A DNA stretch of 64,000 nucleotides. Source: Malacoraja senta (Eukaryota). The translations under genes and the position numbers were made by a program. Under the pieces are notes generated by a model. That model was given only the letters and a program-made list of their open reading frames with translations, made no database searches and was not told the DNA's origin. The stretch covers positions 15,316,001-15,380,000 of the forward strand of contig CM075989.1 of assembly GCA_038087875.1 (NCBI GenBank). Reading direction: 5' to 3'. Below are positions 26,161-39,793 of this stretch, in pieces; position 1 is the first letter of the stretch; each line of letters opens with the position of its first letter.

Positions 26161-26575
26161 CTGAAACAATATGAAATACAGTAATTTACCCTCTGAGAAA
26201 TGTTCTTAAATTATGGCATAGGTATCACTCAGTTGTACACAAATGGCAGGTGGAAACTATGGTCTCTTATAATAGGATTGGCTTGATACAGCAGGAAGAT
26301 GCACTGATTGCGTTAATGAGTAATTTCAATAAGGCTAACTACGGTTACTAGTCAGGAAAATAGGAATCAATGTACGATTATTCCTTTAATGAAATGATGA
26401 TTGACCTGTTATGCATTTTTTAATCGAGATATTATTTTCATTGTTCATTAGTCAAGATCACTTTATGCATTCATTTTAATATAAAATTCACTAATCAGTG
26501 GCAAAATTATATTCTTTTAAAGTCCACATTTTTTCATTGATAGATTTAGGCTAAAAATTATAATGCATTTCCTAC

Positions 26576-26638
26576 CTCAGTTTGTTTGAATACTCTTTGA
26601 ACATCCAAAAATTCTTTTTACTTGGGACAGTGTGAAAG
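26576..26638 (-). CDS. ZNF280D: ZNF280D coding exon
   Basis: cag|...|gtagga; FHTVPSKKNFWMFKEYSNKL(S); phase 2->2. Confidence 0.85.
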
Positions 26639-27683
26639 CTGCAAAACACAATCAACATTTAAAAAACATTGAATCCATAGCTTAGATGTTTCTCAATTGT
26701 ACATTATTGGCATCATAAAAACAATATCCTTCCACACGATAGCATCCAAGAATAACCTAATATTTTCAAATATACACATTGTTGACAGAAATTCACATAA
26801 AGTATTCGAAATATAGTTTGTCATAAAAGTAACCCATAAAATGGCAAGAATTAGTCGGCTTTGAAAACATGATACAAACTGTTCTTTTGATTTTGCTTTT
26901 AACATAAAACTTGAGATACTAAAGGAATTCAAGTTAAGTCACAGCAAACAACTATGAGCACAATTTTAGTAAATAACTTATGTGACCACGCTTATTACTT
27001 ACCTGCAAGATTAAAAAAAAATAGAAGCACCATTTGAAAAAAAAATTTAGTGATGAGGCTCTAGCTATTTACTTGGCACTATGAAAAAACTTCAAATAAT
27101 GTTGTAAATTATGCACACAAGAACAGTTACGACACGGCATATAGAAAACAGTATCTTAGTGCATAACACAAGTTAAATTTTCATTGATGGTTTCAGTCTG
27201 CAGAGGGCTATCAATTTGATAAGTGTCAATGCTTAACTTTGAACCTTATTCAACTAAGAATGAATGCTAACATTTGCTGCAGTAAGCAGATTTCAAATCA
27301 CATTTTAAAGATTACCCAGATTTGTATAAAATGGCTAAATTCCTTAAGGCACAGATTTAATTCCTTATTCCTGCTAAACACAAAGTCTAAAAATGCATGT
27401 GTATCACATCTGATAAACATAACAAGCAAGCATGCACACACGAGTATTGGAGTTTGTGAGCATGCAAGTCTTGGGCCTGACTTTACATTGTAATGGAGGA
27501 TTGGTGGTGGAGAAGCAAGAATAGGGGAAGTGGAAAAAGGAAATTAAGAACATTTGAAAATTTGGAAAAAATGTGATAACGTATTCATGAAAATCGATGA
27601 AATAATTTTCATAATCCCTCAAGACTAAAGTATCCAATTTGAGATGCAATTATTTACTAAAGAAAATCCTCTATACTTTGTAC

Positions 27684-27824
27684 CTCATCACATGGGCTAC
27701 ATAAGATTTGTTGCAGCTACTTCTGAATCGACAAAGGGGACAACGGGTGTAAGTGGCAAAGTGACTGGTGAATTCTTCAATTTCTGTGTCACATTCAATA
27801 CATTTGTGAATATCACAGCTCGCC
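27684..27824 (-). CDS. ZNF280D: ZNF280D coding exon (Cys/His fingers)
   Basis: cag|...|gtacaa; ASCDIHKCIECDTEIEEFTSHFATYTRCPLCRFRSSCNKSYVAHVM(S); phase 2->2. Confidence 0.92.
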
Positions 27825-27931
27825 CTGCAATTAAACAAGAAAGTTCACCATTAATGTTGTGATTCCAAAGTATAGAAAAGCATGCGCACTAAATACATGA
27901 CAAGCATATAATGCAAGCATCTACACATGTA

Positions 27932-29549
27932 CAGTGGCTTGCAAAAGTATTCATACCCCTTGAACTTTTCCACATTTTGTCACGTTACAACCACAAACGT
28001 AAATGTATTTTATTGGGATTTTATGTGATAGACCAACACAAAGTGGCGCATAATTGTGAAGTGGAAGGAAAATGATACATGGTTTTCAAAATTTTTTACA
28101 AATAAAAAACTGAAAAGTGTGGTGTGCAAAAGTATTCAGTCCCCCCGAGTCAATACTTTGTAGAACCACCTTTCGCTGCAATTACAGCTGCAAGTCTTTT
28201 GGGGTATGTCTCTACCAGCTTTGCACATCTAGAGACTGACATTTTTGCCCATTCTTCTTTGCAAAATAGCTCAAGCTCAGTCAGATAGGATGGAGAGCGT
28301 CTGTGAACAGCAATTTTCAAGTCTCGCCAGAGATTCTCAATTGGATTTAGGTCTGGACTTTGACTGGGCCATTCTAACACATGAATATGCTTTGATCTAA
28401 ACCATTCCATTGTAGCTCTGGCTGTATGTTTAGGGTCGTTGTCCTGCTGGAAGGTGAACCTTCGCCCCAGTCTCAAGTCTTTTGCAGACTCTAACAGGTT
28501 TTCTTCCAAGATTGCCCTGTATTTGGCTCCATCCTTCTTCTCATCAACTCTGACCAGCTTCCCTGTCCCTGCTGAAGAAAAGCATCCCCACAGCATGATG
28601 CTGCCACCACCATGTTTCACAGTGGGGATGGTGTGTTCAGGGTGATGTGCAGTGTTAGGTTTCCGCCACACATAGCGTTTTGCATTTAGGTCAAAAACTT
28701 CAATTTTGGTCTCATCTGACCAGAGCACCTTCCTCCACATGTTTGCTGTGTCCCCCACATGGCTTGTGGCAAACTGCAAACGGGACTTCTTATGGCTTTT
28801 TTTCAACAATGGCTTTCTTCTTGCCACTCTTCCATAAAGGCCCGATTTGTGGAGTGCACGACTAATAGTTGTCCTGTGGACAGATTCTCCCACCTGAGCT
28901 GTGGATCTCTGCAGCTCCTCCAGAGTTACCATGGGCCTCTTGGCTGCTTCTCTGATTAATGCTATTCTTGCCTGGCCTGTCAGTTTAGGTGGACGGCCAT
29001 GTCTTGGTAGGTTTGCAGTTGTGCCATACTCTTTCCATTTTCGGATGATGGATTGAACAGTGCTCCGTGAGATGTTCAAAGCTTGGGACATTTTTTTTAT
29101 AACCTAACCCTGCTTTAAACTTCTCCACAACTTTATCCCTGACCTGTCTGGTGTGTTCCTTGGGCTTCATGATGCTGTTTGTTCACTAATGTTCTCTAAC
29201 AAACCTCTGAGGCCTTCACAGAACAGCTGTATTTATACTGAGATTAGATTACACACAAGTGGACTCTATTTACTAATTAGGTGACTTCTGAAGGCAATTG
29301 GTTGCACTGGATTTCATTTAAGGTTATCAGAGTAAAGGGGGCTGAATACTTTTGCACGCGACACTTTTCAGTTTTTTATTTGTAAAAAAATTTGAAAACC
29401 ATGTATCATTTTCCTTCCACTTCACAATTATGCGCCACTTTGTGTTGGTCTATCACATAAAATCCCAATAAAATACATTTACGTTCGTGGTTGTAACGTG
29501 ACAAAATGTGGAAAAGTTCAAGGGGTATGAATACTTTTGCAAGCCACTG
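27932..29549 (-). mobile_element. Tc1 transposon family B (Passport-like), near-intact copy
   Basis: TA TSDs; ~214-bp TIRs starting CAGTGGCTTGCAAAAGTATTC with an inner direct repeat; transposase inside. Confidence 0.97.
28150..29170 (-). pseudogene. Tc1 DD34E transposase with a single +1 frameshift
   Basis: MKPKEHTRQVRDKVVEKFKAGLGYKK, then frameshift in an A8 run (29091-29098); rest open with [22 protein letters not shown], ending KGGSTKY. Confidence 0.93.
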
Positions 29550-30120
29550 TATATGCATTTTTTACCTTATCTGTCACAAATGCATTTTAGGTTAAATTAC
29601 AAAATAAAACAACTGCATGCCTTTTCCACAATGCTCATTTTATCTATTTTGTAAATTATTCAAAATGAGAAAAATCTCTAAACAACGACAATACCATTAT
29701 TTATGGTATTTTAAGTTCGACGTCAGATGTTTTGGATGGTTGTTAAACACCCTCTTGAACTATATGAAGAGTAGGGATGTTGGTCATAATCTGTGTCTTA
29801 ATAAAACCATTTTTTTCATTGAGAAATTTATGGGATTTTAACTATACAGAATATAGCTGTCACACTTGTCCACATAGGAATAATTTTAAAGAAATAAGAG
29901 TTACGTCATGAAAGAAAGCAGTGTATAATTACAAATCATTCCTTCTTCATGGAAAATTGATATGCATTCGGTATTTTTACTGAATGCGTAACAATTTTAC
30001 ATGAATGTACATGAAAAATGCTAGCTGACAATATCAAGTATATAATTATTTCTTGGGCTTTAAAGCTCTTATTTAGACAATGGAGTGAAAATGATGTAAA
30101 AATTACCCAAGATGATTTAC

Positions 30121-30380
30121 CTGAAAACCTGAAGATCAATATTAAACGGTTTTGTTACTTTTTTGTTTGCTTGATTTTTCTTCTTTTCCTCTTTAGAGTA
30201 TTGCAATTGTTGCGAACTTCCTATGGTAGTAACTTGGTTTATAGTTGATGAGTATAATTTAGTGTTTACCGTTACTGATGATGAGCACTGGAGTGTAGAA
30301 CTAGCTGCAGATTTAACTGAAGGCTGGGAAGATGATGATGATCCAACTGGATAAGGTGTCATGGAAGCTCGAATAGTAAC
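30121..30380 (-). CDS. ZNF280D: ZNF280D coding exon (Ser/Thr-rich linker)
   Basis: cag|...|gtaaat; VTIRASMTPYPVGSSSSSQPSVK...NIDLQVF(R); VTIRAS continues the conserved [13 protein letters not shown] motif; phase 0->2. Confidence 0.9.
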
Positions 30381-30637
30381 CTGCCAAATGAAATAGGCCG
30401 TCAATCAAATGAAACTGGATTTCCAGCACCATTAAAACCATTAGTTAGACAACCAAAAAAAAGAATAAGACAATTTCTAAGGCTGTTTTCTTTCATACAA
30501 TAATACTTATTGCAAATGCAATTCTGCATTCTCAGCCCCCTACTATACTCATTATATATTCATTGACTTTACAGCCAAATACCAATCCAACTCAATTTAC
30601 AAGTTCACAGTTGATAACATTTGCAGATACAGGTAGT

Positions 30638-30726
30638 GTGAAGAAGGGTCTCGACCCAAAACGTCACCTATTCCTTTGCTCCATAGATGCTGCCACCCGC
30701 TGAGTTTCTCCAGGATTTTTGTCTAC
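30638..30726 (+). mobile_element. Penelope-like terminal-repeat fragment
   Basis: Perfect 17-bp duplication TTGCAGATACAGGTAGT (30621-30637, 30727-30743); contains gaagaagggtctcgacccaaaacgtcacc. Confidence 0.8.
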
Positions 30727-31026
30727 TTGCAGATACAGGTAGTTCTGCCATAATGTGACAGTTGCGTTCCCAAGAAACGTTGTATTCTCCACAGCCATCA
30801 GGCTATTAAACACGACATCAAATAAGCTCTGAACAATAACAGTCTATTATTATTATTGCACCATATCTGTTTATTTATTGTGTATATATGGTCTATGGAC
30901 ACACTAAACTTTTATCTTCCGTTTTGTATTATGTTTACATATTCTGTTGTGCTGCAGCAAGTAGGAATTTCATTGTCCCATCTGGGACACATGATAATAA
31001 AACTCTTGATTCTTGACTTGACTACA

Positions 31027-31165
31027 CTGGGTGGTACAGTGACACAGCGGTAGAGTTGCTGCCTTACAGCGCCAGATACGCAGGTTCGATCCTGGCTACG
31101 GATGCTTGTCTATACGGAGTTTGTACATTCTGCCTGTGACTGTGTGGGTTTTCTCCGGGTGCTCA
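31027..31165 (+). mobile_element. HE1-like SINE 5' half
   Basis: tRNA-like head with GGTTCGATCC; same family as 23238. Confidence 0.75.
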
Positions 31166-32114
31166 GATTAAATTAATCGAATTATAAAAACGATAGTATC
31201 AATAGTAGAAAGAGACGTAGTGGTTAGAGAGTTTCAGACACGCAACAACAAAGTTATTTTCCCCTATTAGATATCTTCTTAATAATTATAAACGTTTATT
31301 TTTGTCACCACGAGCTAAAAATACTAAAGGCTGTTTGTTATGTCATTTAATAAGAGTAATTTTGCACAGGTGTCAATAGAAGTAATTGCTTACCAATTTC
31401 CATGGCCTCCTACGATCAAAGTAGCTGGTGTGTTCTTAAGAGACAACGGTGCCTGATTACTATGAGGTGGCTACATGGAAACCTTTTCTTCCAAGATGGC
31501 TTTTTTTTCTGCTTGTCAATTTACAAAGTAACTTTTATGTGGTTCTCTAGTTCCTGATAAAATCGCGTTATGATCAATTAGGTCCACATAAGACTAATAG
31601 TGTTCCCTAATTCATTGATCACATTATATCCAATTTGTGTTGCGGAACACATGTTATAGCAGAACTACCTGTGCTTTCATTTCTATGCAAGCATTCCCGT
31701 GAAAATGTGGAAGATGACCATGAATATGCACATCCACGCCAATGTTAAACCTGTCAATGGCACTATGCATCAATCATTGTCATCATGCATAGTGTGACAG
31801 AAAAATAGCAACAAGAAAAATAATATACTGAGGCAAAATGTTGATCAGAAAGAGCTTCAGGTAAGTTCAACGTTCACATTTTTACGAGCACGCAGGATAT
31901 GTGAATTAGAGTAGAACGATGTAACTCAACCGTACAACTACATACATTGGCTTGCACTATCATGGTCTGGGGTTTACCTAGAATAGCTGATAATTTATTG
32001 TATATTTATCTGTTGTTGCGTTTAATGTGCCTGTAAAACTGCAGCTAGTAAGAATTTAATAGTTCCAGTCCTGGAACATATGACAATTAAACACTCTTAA
32101 ACAACAAAACGGCT

Positions 32115-33190
32115 GCAAACGTTGCTTATTTGGACTTCATCAAGGCCTTTGTTATGGTTCCAGATGCTAGGCTGCTCTGGAAGGTTAAATCTCATAGGAT
32201 TCATGGAGAGCTAGCTAACTGGTGGAAGATAGTTTTTCGGACTGCAGGTCTGTAATCAGAAGTCTGCCTCAGTGATTGGTCCTGGGCCCACTGCTGCTTG
32301 TGGTTTATATTAACAATTTGGATGAGAATATACTTGGCATGGTTATTAAGTTTACAGATAAACACTAAGGTAAATGGTATTGTAGACAATGAGGATGGTA
32401 ATCAAAAATTACAGAGGATCTTGATCAGCTGAGCAAGTGGGTTGAGGAATGGCTAATGAGCTTTAATACAGGTAAGTGCGAGATGTTGTATTTTGGGAAG
32501 TTAATCCAAGCAACGACCTTCACATTGAACGGCATGGCCTGGAGAGTGTAATAGAGCAGACAGATCTAGGAGTACAGATACATAGTTCCCAAACAGATAG
32601 ATCGAGTGGTAAAAAGGCTTTTGGTACATTGTCCTTGGCCTTCATCAGTTAGGGTATTGAGCATAAAGTTGGAATTTTAAGTTAACAGTTCTACGACACA
32701 TTGATGAGGCCACATTTGGAGTATTGAGTTCAGTTTTGGTCATCCTGCTATAGGAAGAATGCAGAGAAGATTTACGAGGATGTTGCTGGGGCTCAAAAGC
32801 CTGAGCTTTGGAGGGTGGGCAGGCTAGGACTTTATTTCTTGAAGTGCAGAAGGCTGAGTGGTTTCAGACGTGACTAAAATCATGAGGGGAATAGACAGGG
32901 TGAATGCAGAGAGTCTTTTACCCAGGGTAGGGGAATCAAAAACTAGAAGGCATTTAAGGTGAGAGGGGCAAGATTTTGTAGGATCCTGTGGGGCAACCTT
33001 TTCACTCAGAGAGTGGTAGGTATATGAAATAAGCTGCCAGTGGAGATAATTGAGGCAGGTACTATAACAGCAATTAAAAATCACTTTGACAGGCACATGG
33101 ATAGAAAGGTTTAGAGAGATATGGGCCAAACGTGGGGAAATGGGACTAGTTTTGATGGGGCATCTTTGTTGGCATGGACAAATTGGGCTC
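32115..33190 (+). mobile_element. CR1-clade LINE, 5'-truncated
   Basis: LDFIKAF and RPHLEY-like segments, CR1 tail. Confidence 0.85.
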
Positions 33191-33492
33191 TTGAACTCCT
33201 ACCCAAGCACTCCACATGAGTGGTAAGGGTACTCCATTAATTTTTTTTCCAAATAAATAAAAGATCAAAGTAAGTTGTACACCTTACTTGTGTTTGTTAT
33301 ATATCACAAATACTTGAGCAAATTGATTGATTGATAATTGATTTTCTGTTTTTACAAAGTGAAAACCAATCATCTCCAATAAATGTAAAACAATGTTATG
33401 TTGAAAACAGGTAAAAAGCCATGAACTTATCAAGTATTAAATAACTACAACGTTCGATTAAAAAAACATACATTTCAGATCTGTAATCCTAC

Positions 33493-33627
33493 CTTTGTGC
33501 CAGGAGGTAGACCTTCTAATTGAGGAGGTTTTCGAAATGTCCTATGATGTTGAGTCTTATGATCCACCTTTTCTTTACAGGTTAAAAACTGAAGCTTACA
33601 TTTGCTGCAACGGTAAACCCCTTTTTT
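33493..33627 (-). CDS. ZNF280D: ZNF280D coding exon (C2H2 finger)
   Basis: cag|...|gtagga; [45 protein letters not shown]; phase 0->0. Confidence 0.95.
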
Positions 33628-34260
33628 CTGGACAAGAATTAAAACATTTTAATTGTTTGTTTGAAATTATAATAATAGATTGCCTAATCTACACAATGCT
33701 AATTAGAAGATAAATGGATTGCAACAGGAGATGCTTATTATAAAATATTTAATTGTTGGTTTCAAATTCTAACTATGCATAAAATAAAACTCCATCTACT
33801 TCCCTTAAAATGTCCTCGTCCAAAATAAGCATGTCACCAATACAGTATAAAAGTGTACCAGAATATACATACAAAACATATGAAAGTGGAGCACCAAACA
33901 GCCAAATAGCCCCCCATCATTCAACAAGATCATGGATGATCCAATCTTGGTACCAGCTTCAATTTCCTGATGTGACTGCCATGTGAATCAAAAATGGGTC
34001 TCAAGTCCATTTAATAAGTCAGCCCTCTCTGAGGTAAAGTATTACAAAAAATTGTGATCATTTGAGAGGAGGAAACCCTCGCTTTAAATGGGTGATTCTT
34101 TATTGTGAAATGATATAGCCTGTTTGGATTCCCTCCACCTATCCTGTCAAGCCCCTCAGACTTCTATATGGTTTCCACAAATCACTTTGTATCTTCTCAA
34201 CTCCAATACTTTGGATAAGTATTTTCCTAACTTATCCAAATCCAGAATCAATCAGTGCAC

Positions 34261-35051
34261 AAAATATGTGAGAAAGAACTGCAGATGCTGGATAAAATCG
34301 AAGGTAGACACAAAATGCTGGAGAAACTCAGCGGCTGAGGCAGCATCTATGGAGAGAAGGAATGGGTGACTTTTCAGGTCAGGACCCTTCTTCAGACTGA
34401 TGCCGAGAGGGGGGGGGAAGAAGATAGAAAGTGGGAGGAGACAGTGGGACGCAGGAGAACTGGGAAGGGGGAGGGGAAGGAGGGAGAAAGCAAGGGCTAT
34501 CTGAAATTAGAGAAGTCAATGTTCATACCGCTGGGATGTAAACTACCCAAGCAAAATATGAGGTGCTGTTCCTCCAATTTGCGCTGGGCCTCACTCTGAC
34601 AATGGAGGAGGCCCAGGACAGAGAGGTCAGACAGGGAATGGGAGGGGGAGTTGAAGTGCTGAGCAATTCATCGTAACCAACCTGATCTCGCGGCTGCTCA
34701 GCACTTTAACTCCCTCTCCCATTCCCTATCTAACCTTTGTGTCCTGGGCCTCCTCCATTGTCAGAGTGAGGCCCAGTGCAAATTGGAGGAACAGCACCTC
34801 ATATTTCGCTTGGGTAGTTTACACACCAGCGGTATGAACATTGACTACTCTAATTTCAGATAGCCCTTGCTTTCTCCCTCCTTCCCAGTTCTTCTACAAG
34901 TCGTACTGACTCCGCCCACTTTCTACCTTTTCCCGCTACCCCCCCCCCCCACATCAGTCTATAGAAGGGTCTCAACCCGAAATGTCACCCATTCCTTCTC
35001 TCCATAGATGCTGCCTCACCTGCTGAGTTTCTCCAGCATTTTGTGTCTACC
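34261..35051. mobile_element. Inverted Penelope-like element pair
   Basis: Two antiparallel 3' ends encoding a GIY-YIG C-terminus (AQHFNSLSH...KLEEQHLIFRLGSLHTSGMNID); 14-bp TSD atcaatcagtgYac. Confidence 0.88.
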
Positions 35052-36028
35052 ATCAATCAGTGTACCTTGGCTTATTGTGAAGTTTGCTACCAGTGAATTG
35101 CATTTAAACAAAAGATGAGTTCACATCTGCTCAGCTAAATGTTTTTTGTTCATGGTGACAAAGATGCAACCGAGTAGCCACAAAGACACTGCCGTGTTCA
35201 ATGGATTTAATGTTAGGAAAATGTTTAATCTACAAACATTTTTAAAATTGTAATGAAAGATATATCTCTCTGATTAAAAGGAATTGACTAAAAACCTGAT
35301 ACTTCACTTTCTCAGCAGTTTTTAAATATTAACTGCATCCACGCAAGATTTCCTTGTACTGAAGCTGGGCTGATGCATTTCATTCTCATTAGATTGCAGG
35401 ATCAAAGCACCTTAAATACAAAACGTTTTGTGCTGAATTCCTATTTGCAGCTTGGTAGTCAAGAAACAAAATATTCAGGATTTGAAGAAACTTTGTGTGT
35501 GATCAAGATACGTATAGCTGTGGCTCAATGGTGCAGTTTATGAAATGTAATTAATTCAAGTCAAGTAGATAAGTGAACACAGCAGTCTTTAAGTGGGTTT
35601 CTGGTTATGCTGACTATTCAAATTGTTCAGCTATGAGCTACAAATAGACTTCTCCCCTGACAGTGACTAACTGAGATGTTCAATAAACCTAACAAAGAAT
35701 GTCAAAAACAACAAAAATGCTGTAACTGATCACTGACCTACTTTTTTCATTTAAGTACATCTTCCCTTCTATTCACCATTTTCACATGCATTTTAAAATT
35801 CAAAGAAAGTGGCATCCCTTTGCTGAATTTATTTATCCACCTGACCCTATTCGCTGTTCAAAGTTCTTCAAGCGATCATCAAATCATATGGTACATATAA
35901 AGATCATTCCTGATATCATCAAGTCAGTTACCCACTTTCAGGAAATGTTTTGGAACCTTTAGGAATTTGCCATGTTATTGCAGAAAGCCATTTGTAAAAT
36001 TCAATGTAAATCAACATTGATACTATAC

Positions 36029-36175
36029 CTGATGCTTCAAGTAATGCTGGACGTAAGCATTTCCAATTTTGATGACTTTAAGGCAAAACGGGCAGAGTAA
36101 CTGCTTGGTATTTTCATGAACAATGCGGAAATGGCTATCAACATCTGAAAATACTGATGAGCGGAAGTTGCATAC
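36029..36175 (-). CDS. ZNF280D: ZNF280D coding exon (C2H2 fingers)
   Basis: tag|...|gtatag; [49 protein letters not shown]; phase 0->0. Confidence 0.95.
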
Positions 36176-36589
36176 CTAAAAGTGGGGTGTACAAAAAAGC
36201 AAGAGTAAAAATAAGTGAAGGCTAATTTGACTAGAGAATACTTATCTTTTTTACTTTGTTTTAATTAATTTTTCTAATTTAAGAACTTAATTAATACATG
36301 CACTGATATATTCCTAGTGCTACGAGTCTTATACATTCCCAGATTTTGCTTACTTATACTAAACATGGAGGAAGCGCAGTTGTCCTCTATGGATGGGAAA
36401 ACTGGAGAATTGAGGATAGAGAAGGTGCATTCCTATGCATCATTAATACTTGAAAAGCACCCCATGTCTTATTAGTTATTAATGTGCCTCTAGCTAGTTT
36501 GGGAAGGATGCACAAGGCGGAGTCAACAGTCATCTGTCAATGAAACTCACAGAATGTTCATGACAAGGGTAAAGAAATGAGTTTCAAAG

Positions 36590-39190
36590 CTCTTATAGAA
36601 ACATGCCATTCAGCCCAACTCGACCATGCAGACCAAGATGCCCGATCTAAGCTGGTGCCATTTCCCTCACATCCCGTTTGGCATACAGTGCCCTTCATAA
36701 TGTTTGGGACAAAGACCCATCATTTATTTATTTGCCTCTGTACTCCACAATTTGAGATTTCTAATAGAAAAAAATCACGCGTGGTTTAAGTGCACATTGT
36801 CAGATTTTAAAAAAAGGCCATTTTTATATATTTTGGTTTCACCATTTAGAAATTACAGCAGTGTTTATACATACTCCCCCCATTTCAGGGCACCATAATG
36901 TTTCGGACACAGCAATGTTATGTAAATGAAAGTAGTCATGTTTAGTATATTGTTGCATATCCTTTGCATGCAATGACTGCTTGAAGTCTGCGATTCAGGG
37001 ACATCAACAGTTGCTGGGTGCCTTCTCTGGTGATGCTCTGCCAGGCCTGTATTGCAGCCATCTTTAGCTTATGCTTGTTTTGGGGGCTAGTCCCCTTCAG
37101 TTTTATCTTTAGCATATAAAAGGCATGCTCAATTGTGTTCACATCAGGTGATTGACTTGGCTACTCAAGAATTTACCATTTTTTAGCTTTGAAAAACTCC
37201 TTTGTTGCTTTAGAAGTATGTTTGGGATCATTGTCTTGCTGTAGAATGAACCGCCGGCCAATGAGTTTTGAGGCATTTGTTTGAACTTGAACAGATAGGA
37301 TGTGTCTATACACTTCAGAACTCATTATGCTACTACCATCAGCAGTTGTATCATCAATGAAGATAAGTGAGCCAGTACCTTCAGCAGCCATACATGCCCA
37401 GGCCATAACACCCCCACTACCGTGTTTCACAGATGAGGTGGTATGCTTTGGATCTTGGGCAGTTCCTTCTCTCCTCCATACTCTTGCCATCACTCTGATA
37501 TGTTAATCTTCGTCTCATCTGTCCACAAGACCTTTTTCCAGAACTGTGTACTTTTAAGTACTACTTGGCAAACTGTAACCTGGCCATCCAATTTTCGCAG
37601 CTAACCAGTGGTTTGCATCTTGCAGTGTAGCCTCTGTATTTCTGTTCATGAAGTCTTCTGCGGACAGTGGTCATTTGACAAATCCACACCTCTCCTGAAG
37701 AGTGTTTCTGATCTGTCGGACAGGTGTTTGGGGATTTGTCTTTATTATAGAGAAAATTCTTCTGACATCAGCTGTGGAGGTCTTCCTTGGCCTGTCAGTC
37801 CCTTTGCTATTAGTAAACTCACGAGTGCTCTCTTTCTTCTTAATGATGTTCCAAACAGTTGATTTTGATACGATTAAGGTTTGGCTGATGTCTCTAACAG
37901 TTTTATTCTTGTTTCTCAGTCTCATAATGGCTTCTTTGACTTTCATTGGCACAACTTTGGTCTTCGTGTTGATGAACAGCATTAAAAGTTTCCAAAGGTG
38001 ATGAAAAGACTGGAGGAAAGACTAGGTGCTGAGAGCTCTCTTATCCTTGCATTAAGGAGGCATTTAAACACACCTGAGCAATTACAAACACCTGTGAAGC
38101 CATGTGTCCCAAACACTATGGTGCCCTGAAATGGGGGGACTATGTATAAACACAGCTGTAATTTCTACATGGTGAAACCAAAATGTATAAAAATACCCTT
38201 TAAAAAAATCTGACAATGTGCACTTTAAGCACATGTGATTTTTTCTGTTACAATTTTCAAATTGTGGAGTACAGAGGCAAATAAATAAATGATGGGTCTT
38301 TGTTCCAAACATTATGGAGGGCACTGTATATCCCTCTAAACCTTTCCTATCCACCTACCAGTTCAAGTGTCTTTTAAATGCTGTTATAGTATCTGCCTCA
38401 ACTACCTCCACAGGCCACTCGTTCCATATACCCAACACACTCTGAGAAAAAAAAATTGCCCCTCGGTTTTGTATTTAATCTTGGCCCTCGCACCTTCAGC
38501 ATGTCCTCCTGTTTTTGATCCCCCCACCCTGGGTGAAAGACTGTTCACTCACCCTATCTATTCCCTTCACGATTTTATACACCTCTGTAAGATCTCAGTC
38601 TCTTGAACTCCAAGGAATACAGGCCCAACCTCTCCCTGTAGCTCAGCTCTTCAAGTTCTGGCAGCATCCTATAGATCTTCACTGCACTCTTTCCAACTTA
38701 ATGACATCCTTCTTATACTAGGGTGACTAAAATGGAACACAATACTCCAAGTGTGGCCTTACCAACATCTTGTATAACTGTAACATAACAGATCAATGTC
38801 TATACTTAATACCCTGACTGATGAACACCAATGATTCAAAAGCCCTCTTGTTCACGGGACCTACCAGTGACACCACTTTCATGGAACTATGTTCATGATC
38901 TAGATCCCTTACTTTACAACGCTCCCCAGGGCCCTGCCATTTCACGTGACGGTCCTGCCTTGGTTTGACTTCCCAAGATGCCACACCTCACACATATCTG
39001 TATTAAACTCCATTAACCATTCCTCAGCCTACTTGCCTAGCTGTTCAAGAGCGTGCAGTAATTTCTGATAGCCATTTTCACTGTCTACAATATCACCCAC
39101 TTTGGTGTCATCTGTGAACTTACTAATCATGCCTTGCACATTCTCATCCAAATTGTTAATACGAACCGCAAGCAGCAATGGGCAATATTT
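36590..39190 (-). mobile_element. CR1 LINE interrupted by Tc1 family A
   Basis: CR1 3' end at 36590-36685 continues at 38329 across the TA site. Confidence 0.8.
36686..38326 (-). mobile_element. Tc1 transposon family A, copy 2 (full-length, defective)
   Basis: TA TSDs, both long TIRs, fragmented transposase ending KGYATIY. Confidence 0.95.
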
Positions 39191-39247
39191 CTACCACATA
39201 TAATTTCTAGTAATTTGACAAATGACAGGGTGAATAGGATTAATTTC

Positions 39248-39271
39248 AGAGAGAGAGAGAGAGAGAGAGAG
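39248..39271 (+). repeat. (AG)12 microsatellite at the Tx1 5' junction
   Basis: Read directly from sequence. Confidence 0.95.
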
Positions 39272-39793
39272 GCTGTGCTTTTTCAGCTCTGCAGTTGAGA
39301 AGGTTTGAAGCAGCCTTTCAAGGATTTTGTCGATGGAGTAGGAACAGAGGGAGAGGGGCTTCATAGTTTAACTTATTGTTGGACCGTTGAAACTTTTCTC
39401 TGCTCTAGGAATCCTCCACGAGTGTGAAAATCCTGAGTTTTCTCTCCATTGTCGAGGGTGCGGGTGTCGTTGACGGACTGCCAAGAGTGCCTGGAGATCG
39501 AGGGTACGAAGATGGTGGTGTTTTTGTCGTTTTTTTAGCACCGTTTCTCTGCCCTAAAGTCATTTTGCACAGGCGGCTGCCTGGCTTAATGTGAAGATGG
39601 TACTTTTGCTTCCGGCAAGACTGGGATAGAGCTTCCCAAGAGCTGCTCTCGGCTGTGGACGTACTTGGGGACTTTCCTGCTTCAGCTGGAGGCTTCTGAT
39701 TTCTGCTACTTGTCTTTGATTGTGACTGTCTCTGGGACTTAACTTGGAGCTGAGCTGCTGGGCTGCCTGGAGCTGGTTTGTGCCTCTGTCAGG

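Larger units (their letters stand above)
30630..31671. mobile_element. Tigger/pogo-like non-autonomous element with nested insertions
   Basis: TA|CAGGTAGTTCTGCCATAA ... TTATAGCAGAACTACCTG|TG termini. Confidence 0.6.
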
